From contig OZ255842.1 in assembly GCA_965277805.1 (NCBI GenBank), forward strand, positions 960,001 to 1,024,000: 64,000 bases of DNA. Direction: 5' to 3'. Shown here piece by piece: positions 35,727-46,402 of this stretch. The notes beneath the pieces were generated by a model, which searched no databases, was not told where the DNA came from, and saw only the letters and a program-made list of their open reading frames with translations. Position 1 is the first letter of the stretch. Each line of letters starts with the position of its first letter. The stretch comes from Candidatus Lustribacter sp. GTDB taxonomy: Bacteria; Vulcanimicrobiota; Vulcanimicrobiia; Vulcanimicrobiales; Vulcanimicrobiaceae. The translations under genes and the position numbers were made by a program.

Positions 35727-38700
35727 ATGGCTTCCAAGACGACGGCGGAAAAACCCAAGACTTCCCGGAGTAAAAAAGCAGCGGCACCGGCCGCTGAACC
35801 AGCCGCGAACGGAACCGCGATCAAGGCGCAAAACATCGCAAGCGCCTCTTTCGTCGTTCCCGAAGAGGCGTTCACAGTAGAGCTGCCCGACGATCCGGGC
35901 CCGGCGCGCAAGCGTCATACCTTCGCGAAGATCCCCGATGTCCTGAATCTGCCCGATTTGATCGAGCTGCAGAAGGCTTCGTTCAAGTGGTTTATCTCCG
36001 ACGGGCTGATGGACGCGTTCAACTCGATCTCGCCGATCAAGGACTTCACGGGCAACCTCGTGCTGGAGTTCGGCGACCACAGCCTCGGCGAGCCCAAGTA
36101 CTCGGTTGAGGAATGCCGCGAACGCGACATGACCTACAGCGCGCCGCTGCGCGTCCGCGTCCGTCTTATCACGGCGGAGTCGGGCGAAATCAAGGGTATC
36201 CCCGACCAGGAAATCTTCATGGGCGATTTCCCGCTCATGACCGACAAGGGCACGTTCATGATCAACGGCGCGGAGCGCGTGATCGTGAGCCAGCTCGTCC
36301 GCTCGCCGGGCGTGTACTTCTTGCAGGACGCCGACACCAACAACCGCCCGACGTTCAACGCGACGATCATCCCCAACCGCGGCGCTTGGATCGAATTCGA
36401 AACCGACAACGGCACGAAGAACGACGAGACCGAGGGCACGATCGGCGTCCGCATCGACAAGAACCGCAAGATCTACGCGACCACGTTCATCCGCGCGCTC
36501 TCGCGGCCCGACATGGGCTACGACTGGCAGAGCGATGAAGCGATTCTTGCGCTCTTCGACGGCTCGCCCTTGATCGCGAATTGCCTTGAAAAAGACAAGG
36601 ACATCAAGACCAAGGAAGACGCGCTCAAGGAAATCTACAAGAAGCTGCGTCCCGGCGAACCCGAGAATGCCGAAAACGCCGAGAAGCTGCTCGAATCGCT
36701 GTTCTTCGATGAGAAGCGCTACGATCTCGCCGGCGTCGGCCGCTACAAGCTCTCGGGCAAGCTCGAGAAAGAGTACGTCGCCGCGGGCGTCTCGGTGCCG
36801 CAAGTCGACAAGAAGGCGCTGACGCGCGACGACATGATCGCGGTCATCCGCCGCTTGATCAAAGTCGCCACGGGCAAAGTCCACAAAGACGACATCGATC
36901 ATCTCGGTAACCGCCGCATCCGCTCGGTCGGCGAATTGCTGCAGAATCAGTTCCGCGTCGGTTTGCTGCGTCTCGAGCGCGTCGTGCGCGAGCGCATGAC
37001 CGTGCAAGACATCGAAACCGTCACGCCGCAGGCGCTGATCAACATCCGCCCTGTCGTGGCCGCCATCAAAGAGTTCTTCGGCTCCTCGCAACTCTCGCAG
37101 TTCATGGACCAAACGAACTCGCTCGCCGAGCTCACGCACAAGCGGCGTCTGTCCGCCCTCGGGCCCGGCGGTCTGTCACGCGAACGCGCCGGCTTCGAAG
37201 TCCGCGACGTCCATCACAGCCATTACGGCCGCATCTGCCCGATCGAAACGCCGGAAGGCCCGAACATCGGTCTGATCGGTTCGCTCGCGACGTTCGCGCG
37301 CGTCAACCGCTACGGCTTCATCGAGACGCCCTATCGCGTCGTCAAAGACGGTATCGTCACCGACGAGATCCGTTACTTCACGGCCGATCGCGAAGACGAC
37401 TACATCGTGGCGCAAGCCAACACCACGATGGACGCCAAGGGCAAGATCACCGCGAATACGGTTATCGCCCGGTACGCGGAAGAATACGTCGAGGAGCCGC
37501 CGGACAAGATCCAGCTCATGGACGTTTCGCCGAAGCAGATCGTGTCGGTCGCGACGGCCCTGATTCCGTTCCTCGAACACGACGATGCGAACCGCGCCTT
37601 GATGGGCGCGAACATGCAGCGTCAGGCCGTGCCGTTGCTTCGTCCGCAGTCGCCGATCATCGGCACCGGCATGGAGTATCGCGCTGCCAAGGATTCCGGC
37701 GGTTGCGTGCTCGCACGCGCCAACGGTGAAGTCATCTCCGTCGATGCGAAGGCCATCGGCCTCAAGCACGACGAGGACGGCCTCGATCACGAGTACGACC
37801 TGCTGAAATTCACGCGCTCGAATGCGGGCACGTGCATCAACCAGCGCCCGATCGTCAAGGTCGGCGATCGCGTCGTGCGCGGCCAGATCCTCGCCGACGG
37901 TCCGTCGTCGGATGTCGGTGAGCTCGCCCTGGGTCAGAACGTGTTCGTCGCGTTCATGCCGTGGGAAGGCTACAACTACGAAGACGCCATCCTGATCAGC
38001 GAACGCATGGTCAAGGACGATCGCTTCACCTCGATTCACATCGAAGAGTACGAGTGCGAAGCCCGCGACACGAAACTCGGGCCCGAAGAAATCACGCGCG
38101 ACATTCCGAACGTCGGCGAAGATTCGCTCAAGGATCTCGACGAGAACGGCATCGTGCGCATCGGCGCCGAGGTTCGTCCGGAAGACATCCTCGTCGGCAA
38201 AGTCACGCCCAAGGGCGAGACCGAGCTGACGGCGGAAGAGCGCCTGCTGCGCGCGATCTTCGGTGAGAAGTCGCGTGAAGTGCGCGACACCTCGCTGAAA
38301 GTTCCCCACGGCGAAAAGGGCAAGATCATCGACGTCAAGCGCTTCTCGCGCGAAAACGGCGACGAGCTCTCGCCCGGCGTCAACCATCTCGTCCGCGTCT
38401 ACGTCGCGCAGAAGCGTAAGATTCTGCAAGGCGACAAGATGGCCGGCCGTCACGGCAACAAGGGCGTCATCGCCAAAGTGCTGCCCGAAGAAGACATGCC
38501 GTATACGGAAGACGGCCGTCCGGTCGACATCGTGCTCAATCCGCTGGGCGTGCCCTCGCGCATGAACCTCGGTCAGATCATGGAGACGCATCTCGGCTGG
38601 GCCGCATCGATGCTCGGCTTCCACATCGCAACGCCGGTCTTCGACGGTGCGCATGCGGAAGATATCGCCGAGTGGCTGATGGATGCCGGACTTCCGTCTG

Positions 38701-39617
38701 ACGGTAAGACCTGGCTGCGCGACGGGCGCACCGGCGACCGCTTCGGCCGTCCGATCACCGTCGGCTACATCTACATGCTCAAGCTCGCGCATCTCGTGGA
38801 CGACAAGATCCACGCGCGCAGCACCGGTCCGTACTCGATGATCACGCAGCAGCCCCTCGGCGGTAAAGCGCAGTTCGGCGGCCAGCGGTTCGGCGAGATG
38901 GAAGTCTGGGCGCTCGAAGCGTACGGCGCAGCGTACACGCTGCAAGAACTTCTCACGGTCAAGTCCGACGACGTCGTCGGCCGCGTGAAGACGTACGAAG
39001 CGATCGTCAAGGGTGAGAACGTGCTCGAGCCCGGCGTGCCGGAATCGTTCAAGGTTCTCATCAAGGAGCTCCAGTCGCTGGCGCTCGATGTCAAGGTGCT
39101 CACCGAAACGCGCGAAGAAGTCGAGATCCGCATCGCGGACGACGATATGTCGGAGCGCGCGCAAGAGATCGGTCTGCTCATGGGCGACGAAGATCCGCGT
39201 CTTTCGCAGACGGCACTCGCCGAACGCGAAGCGGAAGTCGAACGCATCCCCGTACCGGGCGTACCGGTCGAGGGCGAAGAGCCGGCCGAAGGCGATGCCG
39301 TCGGTGAAGTTGAGGAAATCGAAGAGGAAGAGGAAGAGCTCGATGATTCGGCTCCGCTCGTGTCGCCGTCGGCGAAGCGCGGCGGTGACGAAGATCTGAT
39401 CCCGACCTCACCGCTGGGCGGACTCCGCGCAACGATGACCGATGACGGCGAAATCGTGGTTGATGAAGTCATCGACGACGAGATCCCGGTCGCCGGCGTC
39501 GTTGAAGAAGAGGAAGAAGACCAGGGTTACGTCCTCGAGGAAGACGACGAAGAGATTTCGGAAGAGGAAGAAGAGGACGAAGGTCCGCTCGCTCACTCGA
39601 CCGACGACGACTACTAG
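35727..39617 (+). CDS. rpoB: DNA-directed RNA polymerase subunit beta with long acidic C-terminal tail
   Basis: [56 protein letters not shown]. Confidence 0.98.
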   Translation: MASKTTAEKPKTSRSKKAAAPAAEPAANGTAIKAQNIASASFVVPEEAFTVELPDDPGPARKRHTFAKIPDVLNLPDLIELQKASFKWFISDGLMDAFNSISPIKDFTGNLVLEFGDHSLGEPKYSVEECRERDMTYSAPLRVRVRLITAESGEIKGIPDQEIFMGDFPLMTDKGTFMINGAERVIVSQLVRSPGVYFLQDADTNNRPTFNATIIPNRGAWIEFETDNGTKNDETEGTIGVRIDKNRKIYATTFIRALSRPDMGYDWQSDEAILALFDGSPLIANCLEKDKDIKTKEDALKEIYKKLRPGEPENAENAEKLLESLFFDEKRYDLAGVGRYKLSGKLEKEYVAAGVSVPQVDKKALTRDDMIAVIRRLIKVATGKVHKDDIDHLGNRRIRSVGELLQNQFRVGLLRLERVVRERMTVQDIETVTPQALINIRPVVAAIKEFFGSSQLSQFMDQTNSLAELTHKRRLSALGPGGLSRERAGFEVRDVHHSHYGRICPIETPEGPNIGLIGSLATFARVNRYGFIETPYRVVKDGIVTDEIRYFTADREDDYIVAQANTTMDAKGKITANTVIARYAEEYVEEPPDKIQLMDVSPKQIVSVATALIPFLEHDDANRALMGANMQRQAVPLLRPQSPIIGTGMEYRAAKDSGGCVLARANGEVISVDAKAIGLKHDEDGLDHEYDLLKFTRSNAGTCINQRPIVKVGDRVVRGQILADGPSSDVGELALGQNVFVAFMPWEGYNYEDAILISERMVKDDRFTSIHIEEYECEARDTKLGPEEITRDIPNVGEDSLKDLDENGIVRIGAEVRPEDILVGKVTPKGETELTAEERLLRAIFGEKSREVRDTSLKVPHGEKGKIIDVKRFSRENGDELSPGVNHLVRVYVAQKRKILQGDKMAGRHGNKGVIAKVLPEEDMPYTEDGRPVDIVLNPLGVPSRMNLGQIMETHLGWAASMLGFHIATPVFDGAHAEDIAEWLMDAGLPSDGKTWLRDGRTGDRFGRPITVGYIYMLKLAHLVDDKIHARSTGPYSMITQQPLGGKAQFGGQRFGEMEVWALEAYGAAYTLQELLTVKSDDVVGRVKTYEAIVKGENVLEPGVPESFKVLIKELQSLALDVKVLTETREEVEIRIADDDMSERAQEIGLLMGDEDPRLSQTALAEREAEVERIPVPGVPVEGEEPAEGDAVGEVEEIEEEEEELDDSAPLVSPSAKRGGDEDLIPTSPLGGLRATMTDDGEIVVDEVIDDEIPVAGVVEEEEEDQGYVLEEDDEEISEEEEEDEGPLAHSTDDDY

Positions 39618-39659
39618 ACTCCAACGTCTAGCAGCAATCTCGAGGGCGGCGTTTGGCCG

Positions 39660-41045
39660 GTGTCGCGACGACGCCGTGCCTACGCCGCCCTCATTTTAGG
39701 CACGATCCTCACCGCGATCGATTCATCGATCGCGAACATCGCGCTCCCCACGATCGGCCGCGAATTGCACGTGCCGCCCGCGCAAACCGTGTGGGTGGCG
39801 AGTGCGTATTTGCTCGCCATCACGATGTCGCTTTTCGCGGTATCCTCGCTCGGACAATCGCGCGGGCCGACGCGCGTGTGGGGACTCGGCGTCGCGCTGT
39901 TCACGTTCGGTTCGCTGCTGTGCGCGATCAGCCACGCGTTTCCGGTCTTGATCGCCGCGCGCGCCGTGCAAGGCTGCGGTGCGGCCGCGATCATGTCGCT
40001 CTCACCCGCGCTCGTGCGCGACGTCTATCCGCGTTCGCTGCTCGGTCATGCGTTCGGCTTGAACGCGATGTACACGAGCATCGCCGCCGCGATGGGCCCG
40101 ACGCTCGGCGGAATGATGCTGGCGGTCTTGCCGTGGCAGTGGCTCTTCGCGATCAACTTGCCGATCGCGTTCGTGATCGTGCTGCTCGCGCGCGGCGCGC
40201 TGCCGAACGTCGGCGGAACGGGCGCGCGCATCGATCCGCTCAGCGCGCTGACGAGCGCCGTCGGTTTCAGCGCGCTGATCTACGGTCTCGACGGCTTCGC
40301 GCGCCACGATCCGCTGCCGCTGGTGCTCGGGGAAATCGCCGTGGGCGTCGCGATGTTCGGCTGGTTCGTGCGGCGTCAGTTCACGCTGCGGGTGCCGATG
40401 ATCTCGCTCGATCTTTTCCATCTGCCGCGCTTCTCCGTGGCCGCGCAGGCGAGCCTCAGCGGCTGGTCGGCGTGGAGCATCGGCGTGATCGCGCTGCCGT
40501 TCTTCTTGCAGTTGGAACTCGGCATGTCGCCGCTGCAGTCGGGCTTGCTCATGACGTCGTGGCCGATCGCAAACGCTGTGGTCGCGCCGATCACCGGCTA
40601 TTGGTCCGATCGCTACGCGGTCGGCTGGATCGCAACCGGCGGCCTCGTCGGCTTCACGCTCTCGCTGCTCGTGTTCTTGTATGCGGTCATGCATCCGAAC
40701 GTCGCGCTGCTGTTCGTCGCCGGTCTCTTGGCGGGCGGCAGCTGGGGCATCTTCCAAACGCCCAACAACCGCGAACTGATGGGCGCCGGACCGCCGGAGA
40801 AATCCGGCAGCACCGCTGCAATCTTCGCATCGCTGCGCGTGGCGGGTCAGACGTTCGGCGCGTCGCTCGCCGCGATCGTCTTCGCCTCGTTCGCTCCGTC
40901 GATCGGCGCGCACGTCGAACCCGCAGCATTGCACACCGCGGTCGTCGCCGCGTTGAGTCTCGCGAGCGCGTTCAGCCTACTCGCAACGTTCGTCAGCGCG
41001 CAGCGCGCATTCCGCGACGGCTTCCACTACCATCCGGTCCACTAG
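39660..41045 (+). CDS. MFS transporter, DHA2/EmrB-like
   Basis: DSSIANIALPTI, ARAVQGCG, WQWLFAINLPI, FQTPNN. Confidence 0.9.
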   Translation: MSRRRRAYAALILGTILTAIDSSIANIALPTIGRELHVPPAQTVWVASAYLLAITMSLFAVSSLGQSRGPTRVWGLGVALFTFGSLLCAISHAFPVLIAARAVQGCGAAAIMSLSPALVRDVYPRSLLGHAFGLNAMYTSIAAAMGPTLGGMMLAVLPWQWLFAINLPIAFVIVLLARGALPNVGGTGARIDPLSALTSAVGFSALIYGLDGFARHDPLPLVLGEIAVGVAMFGWFVRRQFTLRVPMISLDLFHLPRFSVAAQASLSGWSAWSIGVIALPFFLQLELGMSPLQSGLLMTSWPIANAVVAPITGYWSDRYAVGWIATGGLVGFTLSLLVFLYAVMHPNVALLFVAGLLAGGSWGIFQTPNNRELMGAGPPEKSGSTAAIFASLRVAGQTFGASLAAIVFASFAPSIGAHVEPAALHTAVVAALSLASAFSLLATFVSAQRAFRDGFHYHPVH

Positions 41046-41659
41046 TCTTCGGTGTGCGGCTCGCGTGAGATCAGTCGCAGATACTTGCGCCCTTCGAACG
41101 ACGAGTCGGCCTCGATGCGCTTGAACGTCTCCTCGCGCACTTGTCCCGCAACCTCGCGCCGCGCGCGTACGGCCGCTTCGAGTTCGCGGAACGTGCGTTC
41201 GAACTCATCACCCTCGAGCGTGGCGATCGCCGACTTGAGCCGGCTGATGTCGTTGTTGATCTGGCCTTGTAGCTCGCTCGATACCGCGCGCTCGACGCTC
41301 GTGATGCGGCTGAGCAGGCTGTTGAGTTCTTCGACGGTCGGCAAGCCGTAGGCACTGCGCGAGGGTTCCGGACGCCGGGCGGGCACGCGCGCGCCGCGCA
41401 GCGGCTGCGGGGCGTTGAAGTCGGCGTAGAGGCGGATGATCGAGGCGATCTTCTGCGGCCCCTTCGGCGACTGCAGACCCTCGGCCATGCCGGCCATGAT
41501 CAACCGCGAACGCAGCGCCGTATCTTTGATGACGCGCAGATGCTGCGGGTCGACCCCGTGCGGCCGGCGGTGCGCGCCATAGAAGTCACTCTCCGAAGCC
41601 AACGGCAATGCCATGGCTTTTTCCCAAAGTGACATGCGAGCGCGGGCGGTTGTATCCAC
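41042..41659 (-). CDS. Hypothetical protein with C-terminal coiled coil
   Basis: 205-aa ORF converging on the MFS gene; no recognisable motif. Confidence 0.55.
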   Translation of the reverse strand: MDTTARARMSLWEKAMALPLASESDFYGAHRRPHGVDPQHLRVIKDTALRSRLIMAGMAEGLQSPKGPQKIASIIRLYADFNAPQPLRGARVPARRPEPSRSAYGLPTVEELNSLLSRITSVERAVSSELQGQINNDISRLKSAIATLEGDEFERTFRELEAAVRARREVAGQVREETFKRIEADSSFEGRKYLRLISREPHTED

Positions 41660-41705
41660 GTAGCAACGGTTACTCGACTCGAGTTAACTCACCTTTGCCG
41701 GAATG

Positions 41706-43178
41706 TTACGTGGTAGTTGGAAAGATGAGGTAATCGGAGCCGGACGACCGCGCACGGCCCTCGGCGAGCAAGAGTAACTCATCGAAGGTCGCGCCGTCGC
41801 CGGGTGCGTGCGCGACCGCGATCCGGGCGGAAACGTGCACCGACTCCTTGCCCTCGCGGTCGCCGATGCCCATCGGGTCGTCGAACGCGGCCCCGAAGCG
41901 GGCGAGGTGCGCGTCGAGCGCTGCGCGCGACGGAACGTCGGGCAAGAAGATCGCGAACGAATTCCCGCCCGTGCGCGCGATGATCTCACCCTCCTGCGCG
42001 CGGGTCGCCAGCGCCGCCGCAGCTTCGACCAGCAGCGCATCGCCCGTGAGATGACCGTGCCTCTCGTTGAGGTTGTGGAAGCCGGCTAAGTTGACCACCG
42101 CAATCGCGGCGGACTTGGCCGCGCCGAACGCCGCCCGTCCGAGCGAGCGAAAGCGGCTGCGGTTCCACAGGCCCGTCAGCGAGTCGTGCTCGAGTTGATG
42201 GCCCAGCCGCGTCGACTGCCAGCGCTGCTGGTAGTGCGCCGCAAAGAACGACGCCAGCACGTCAATGTAGGCCGTGTCCTGCGGTCCGAACGGCTTGGCC
42301 GTCGCCTGACGCGACGAGAACGCGAGCACGTACGTTGCGCCGCCGGCGGTAAACGACGTCACGATCATCGCGCGCCAGCCGCGCTTTTGCACGAAGTCGT
42401 TGAAGTGTTCGGTCGTTCGGATATCGTCGAATGCGTGCGTTCCGCCGCCGAGTGACATCGTTTGACCGGCCACGGTATCGCTCAGCAGAACGAGCGCGCC
42501 CTCGCCTTCGCGCCGCTCGGCGGGGACGGCGCTCTCGTAACCGACGGCGTCGGCCACCGAGATGAGCCGCATGTGGCTGCCGTTCTCAACGCGCGCGAGC
42601 ACGCCGCGATAGGCCTGTCCGGGGCGAATCGCCGCAGCACCCCGCTGCAGCATCGCGAGCATCAGCTCCTCATCCCGCAGGTTCGGATTGTTGGCGATGC
42701 CCCACAACGCTTCGAGCCGTTCGGCGTGTTCGCGCGAGCGCTCCTCGGAATCCATCAGCGACTGCGCGAGCGAGTCGACCTGTAGCGCGAGTTTCTTCTG
42801 CGCCGAACGGAGCGCCAGCAGCGTCGTCAAACGCGCCACCATCTCGCGGTAGTCGACCGGCTTCTGCAAGAAGTCCGTGGCGCCGGTGTCGAGCGCCTGA
42901 TAGCGCACTTCACGTTCGTGCGCGCCGGTCACGATGACGATCGGCACGTGTGCGAACTCGGGCAGCGCGCGCACGAGCGCGATCATCTGCATGCCGTTGG
43001 GCAGCGGCATATTGTAGTCGAATACGAAGCAGTCGACTTCTTTGCCGTGGTACCAATCGATCGCTTCGGCCGATGAAAGAAACGGATGAACGACGACGTC
43101 CGGAATTTCCGCTGCGATTCCCGAGAACAACTTCAGCGTCAGGTCGTCGTCATCCACGATGACGACGTGTTGGGTCAC
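41706..43178 (-). CDS. Response regulator REC-GAF-GGDEF (degenerate cyclase site)
   Basis: GTG at 43178; VVIVDDD...FDYNMP...KP; HDSLTGLWNR; ARTGGNSF in place of GGDEF. Confidence 0.85.
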   Translation of the reverse strand: MTQHVVIVDDDDLTLKLFSGIAAEIPDVVVHPFLSSAEAIDWYHGKEVDCFVFDYNMPLPNGMQMIALVRALPEFAHVPIVIVTGAHEREVRYQALDTGATDFLQKPVDYREMVARLTTLLALRSAQKKLALQVDSLAQSLMDSEERSREHAERLEALWGIANNPNLRDEELMLAMLQRGAAAIRPGQAYRGVLARVENGSHMRLISVADAVGYESAVPAERREGEGALVLLSDTVAGQTMSLGGGTHAFDDIRTTEHFNDFVQKRGWRAMIVTSFTAGGATYVLAFSSRQATAKPFGPQDTAYIDVLASFFAAHYQQRWQSTRLGHQLEHDSLTGLWNRSRFRSLGRAAFGAAKSAAIAVVNLAGFHNLNERHGHLTGDALLVEAAAALATRAQEGEIIARTGGNSFAIFLPDVPSRAALDAHLARFGAAFDDPMGIGDREGKESVHVSARIAVAHAPGDGATFDELLLLAEGRARSSGSDYLIFPTTT

Positions 43179-44329
43179 GCAGTGCCTTCCTTGAGCGGGG
43201 AGAAGCGGCGGCTGATGTCGTCGGCCGGCGCCGGGCGCGCGATCAGGTAGCCTTGACCGCTGATCGCGCCGCGCGCGACCAGCGCCGCGAGCTGCGCCTC
43301 GGTCTCGATGCCTTCCGCTACGACGTCCATACGAAACGCGCCGGCGAGCGCCAGGATCGCATCGACGATGATGCCGGCGTCTTCCGAGTGCAGCATGTCG
43401 TTGACGAACGACTTGTCGATCTTCAGCGTGGAGAACGGCAGCGAACGCAATTGCATCATCGAGGAGTAGCCGATGCCGAAGTCGTCGATCGCGAGCTTGA
43501 ACCCCTTGAGCCGGATGCGCGAGAGAATGGCCTTGAGCCGCATCGAGTCGCGCGATGTTGCGGTCTCGGTGAGTTCGAGATGGATCTGGTGCGGCTGCAC
43601 GCCGTACTCGCGGCAGAGCTGCGTGAGTTTGTCCGGAAACGCATCGTCGTTGAGGTTGGTCGCCGAGAGGTTGACCGCGATCGGCACCGCGATCGTCTGC
43701 GCCCATCGCGCCGCTTGTTCGACGGCCAGGCGAACGACGGTCCAGGTGAGATCGTCGATCATGCCGCGTTCTTCCGCGAGCGGAATGAAGAAGTCGGGCT
43801 GGATCAATCCCTCGGTGGGGTGGTTCCACCGGACCAGCGCTTCGAACCCGATCAGCTCGCGCGAGGAAAGGCGAATCACCGGCTGATAGTGCAGCACGAG
43901 TTGTCCGCCCGCGATCGCCTCGCGCAACTCGTCCGCGCGGTTGCCGCCGGGCGGCATCGAGTCTTCTTCGAACGTGCGCCGGAGCGTGTCGACGCGGATC
44001 GGCTTGGCCAGGACCCCGCGCATGTTCAAGCCGAGATCGGTGCCCAAGTCGCCGACGGTTCGCAGCACCTTGTCCTCGACGCCGCTCATCAGGATGATCG
44101 GCGCCTTGAGATCTTCGGCCGCCATCGTCCGCAACAGCTCGACGCCGTCGACGTCGGGCATCTGCAAGTCCATCAAGACCAGCGTCGGATGCCAGTCCCG
44201 CGTTTGCTGTAAGAAGAAGTCGGCATCGGTCGTCGTGACGACTTCGTAGCCCGCAGTCTGTGCGATCTCTTGCACGACGGCGAGCAGTCCTTTCTCATCG
44301 TCGATTGCGAGTAGCCGTCGGTCGCCCAC
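43175..44329 (-). CDS. Response regulator REC-EAL c-di-GMP phosphodiesterase
   Basis: FEALVRW, AVNLS, ELTET, DDFGIGYSS, KIDKSF, AEGIET, QGYL. Confidence 0.92.
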   Translation of the reverse strand: MGDRRLLAIDDEKGLLAVVQEIAQTAGYEVVTTTDADFFLQQTRDWHPTLVLMDLQMPDVDGVELLRTMAAEDLKAPIILMSGVEDKVLRTVGDLGTDLGLNMRGVLAKPIRVDTLRRTFEEDSMPPGGNRADELREAIAGGQLVLHYQPVIRLSSRELIGFEALVRWNHPTEGLIQPDFFIPLAEERGMIDDLTWTVVRLAVEQAARWAQTIAVPIAVNLSATNLNDDAFPDKLTQLCREYGVQPHQIHLELTETATSRDSMRLKAILSRIRLKGFKLAIDDFGIGYSSMMQLRSLPFSTLKIDKSFVNDMLHSEDAGIIVDAILALAGAFRMDVVAEGIETEAQLAALVARGAISGQGYLIARPAPADDISRRFSPLKEGTA

Positions 44330-44331
44330 GA

Positions 44332-46392
44332 TTAATGTTGCTCCACAGGGTTGAGTAGGTCGCGCAGACGTTTCGCAAGATCGATCTGCCGGTAGGGTTT
44401 GCTGAGGATGTGTCCCGAGAAGTCGGCCGAGATCGACGCTGCGAGCGTGCTCTCGGTAAACCCGGAGGTGAAGAGAACGTTCAAGTGCGGCCGTAGTTCG
44501 CGCGCGCGCAGCGCCAGCTCGCGCCCGTCGAGTTGACCCGGCATCACGATGTCGGTGAGCAGCAAATCGACGTTGCGCGGCGAGCGCAGCACCTCGAGCG
44601 CGTCGTTCGGGGTGTCCGCAACGATCACGTCGTAGCCGAGCGTGTGGAGTTGTAAAGCGGCGACTTCACGCATCGCGTCGTTATCGTCGACGACGAGAAT
44701 CGTTTCCTTGCCGCGATCGCCGTTCATCGGGGCCGGCTTACGCGGCACGTCGGCCGCGATGGACGCGCCGGCGCCGGCCGGCGGCAAGTAGAGCCGGAAG
44801 GTCGTGCCGATTCCGACCTCGCTGTAGACGCTCACGTGGCCGCCGGATTGCTTAGCAAATCCAAAGACTTGGCTTAAGCCGAGACCCGTGCCGTTCGCGC
44901 CTTTGGTGGTGAAGAACGGCTCGAACACCTTGGCTTGCGTTTCGGGCGGCATGCCGATGCCGGTGTCGGACACGGCGATCATGACGTACTCGCCGGGCTC
45001 GACGTCGACCCGGGTGGTTGCATAGTCCTCGTCGAGCGTCACGTTCGTGCACTCGATCGTGAGCGTTCCGCCGCCGGGCATCGCGTCGCGCGCGTTGACC
45101 GCGAGATTGAGCAGGGCCGCTTCGAGCTGGGAGCGGTCGGCGATGATCTCCTTCGTTTCCGTGTCGACCGAATGCTGGATCTTGATCTTGCCGCCGAGCA
45201 CGCTTTCGAGCAAGCTGACGGTCTTGAGCGAGCGCTCTTGCACGCTGATGCGTTCCGGCTGCAACGGCTGCTTGCGGGCAAAGGCGAGTAGTTGCTTCAC
45301 GAGCATCGCGCCGCGATCGGCGGCTTCGAGCGCGTTCTCGACGAACGTCTGCACGCCGGGAATCTTGCGCGACGCGATGACGTCGAGATTGCCGATGATG
45401 ACGCCCAGCAAATTGTTGAAGTCGTGCGCGAGGCCGCCGGTCAGCTGTCCCATCGCATCGATGCGGTGCGCGTGACGCAATTGCTCTTCCATCTGCAGGC
45501 GCTCGGTCACATCGCGGACGGCGGTGATCACCACCGTACCGTCGGGCGTCTTGTGCGCGCTCTGGGTCGTCTCGATCGGAAACGTGCTGCCGTCTTTGCG
45601 CGTGCCGCACATCTCGGGACCGCCCGGAATCGGCGCCGCGGCCATGTCGATGAGCTTCGCGAACGGTTGACCGACCAGCTCGTCGGGCGTATATCCGAAC
45701 AGCGGCTCGATGCGTTCGCTCGCGAGCACGATCTTCATCGATTCATCGACGACGATCACGGCGTCGGGGCTGGCGGTGAGGAAGCCGCGGAACTTCTCCT
45801 CGGAGAGGATGACGCGGCCTTCGAGTGCGCGCGCATACTCTTCGAGCTTGATCTTTGCCGCCGCCAACTCGGCCCGATGCCGCTGCAGCTCGCGGTTCGC
45901 TTGAACCGTATCTTCGAACGTCGAGATCAGCAGGTCGAGAATCTGTTCCTTTTCCGAAGTAATCGTAAACGTGCGGCCGAGGAACGAAATCTCCACTCCG
46001 AACACGGCCGAACGGGTGCGCAGGCTACGGTTCTGCAAGATCATCCGCGTGCGCGCGACGACCTGTTCGGGTTTGTAGGGCTTGGTGAGGAAATTGTCCG
46101 CCCCGGATTCGAGCCCGCGGATGATATCCATCGGTTCGTTGAGCGTGGAGAGCAACATCACGGGAATCTGCGCATGCTCGCCCGAGCTCTTGATGCGCCG
46201 GCACAAGTCGTAGCCGGAGATACCGGGCATCACGATGTCGGAGATGACCAAGTCGACGGTGTGCTTATCGAGCAGTTCGAGAGCGGTCTCGGCGTCGCGT
46301 GCGACGAGGACGGAGAAGCCCGCGTCCTCGACGGTGGAGCGCAGCAGTTCGGCTTGGGTCGGGCTGTCTTCAACGATGAGCAATTGATTCAT
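44332..46392 (-). CDS. Hybrid histidine kinase REC-PAS-HisKA-HATPase-REC
   Basis: LAHDFNNLL, NARDAM, DTGIG, PFFTTK, GTGLGL; two receiver domains. Confidence 0.92.
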   Translation of the reverse strand: MNQLLIVEDSPTQAELLRSTVEDAGFSVLVARDAETALELLDKHTVDLVISDIVMPGISGYDLCRRIKSSGEHAQIPVMLLSTLNEPMDIIRGLESGADNFLTKPYKPEQVVARTRMILQNRSLRTRSAVFGVEISFLGRTFTITSEKEQILDLLISTFEDTVQANRELQRHRAELAAAKIKLEEYARALEGRVILSEEKFRGFLTASPDAVIVVDESMKIVLASERIEPLFGYTPDELVGQPFAKLIDMAAAPIPGGPEMCGTRKDGSTFPIETTQSAHKTPDGTVVITAVRDVTERLQMEEQLRHAHRIDAMGQLTGGLAHDFNNLLGVIIGNLDVIASRKIPGVQTFVENALEAADRGAMLVKQLLAFARKQPLQPERISVQERSLKTVSLLESVLGGKIKIQHSVDTETKEIIADRSQLEAALLNLAVNARDAMPGGGTLTIECTNVTLDEDYATTRVDVEPGEYVMIAVSDTGIGMPPETQAKVFEPFFTTKGANGTGLGLSQVFGFAKQSGGHVSVYSEVGIGTTFRLYLPPAGAGASIAADVPRKPAPMNGDRGKETILVVDDNDAMREVAALQLHTLGYDVIVADTPNDALEVLRSPRNVDLLLTDIVMPGQLDGRELALRARELRPHLNVLFTSGFTESTLAASISADFSGHILSKPYRQIDLAKRLRDLLNPVEQH

Positions 46393-46402
46393 GATGTTTG
46401 TC

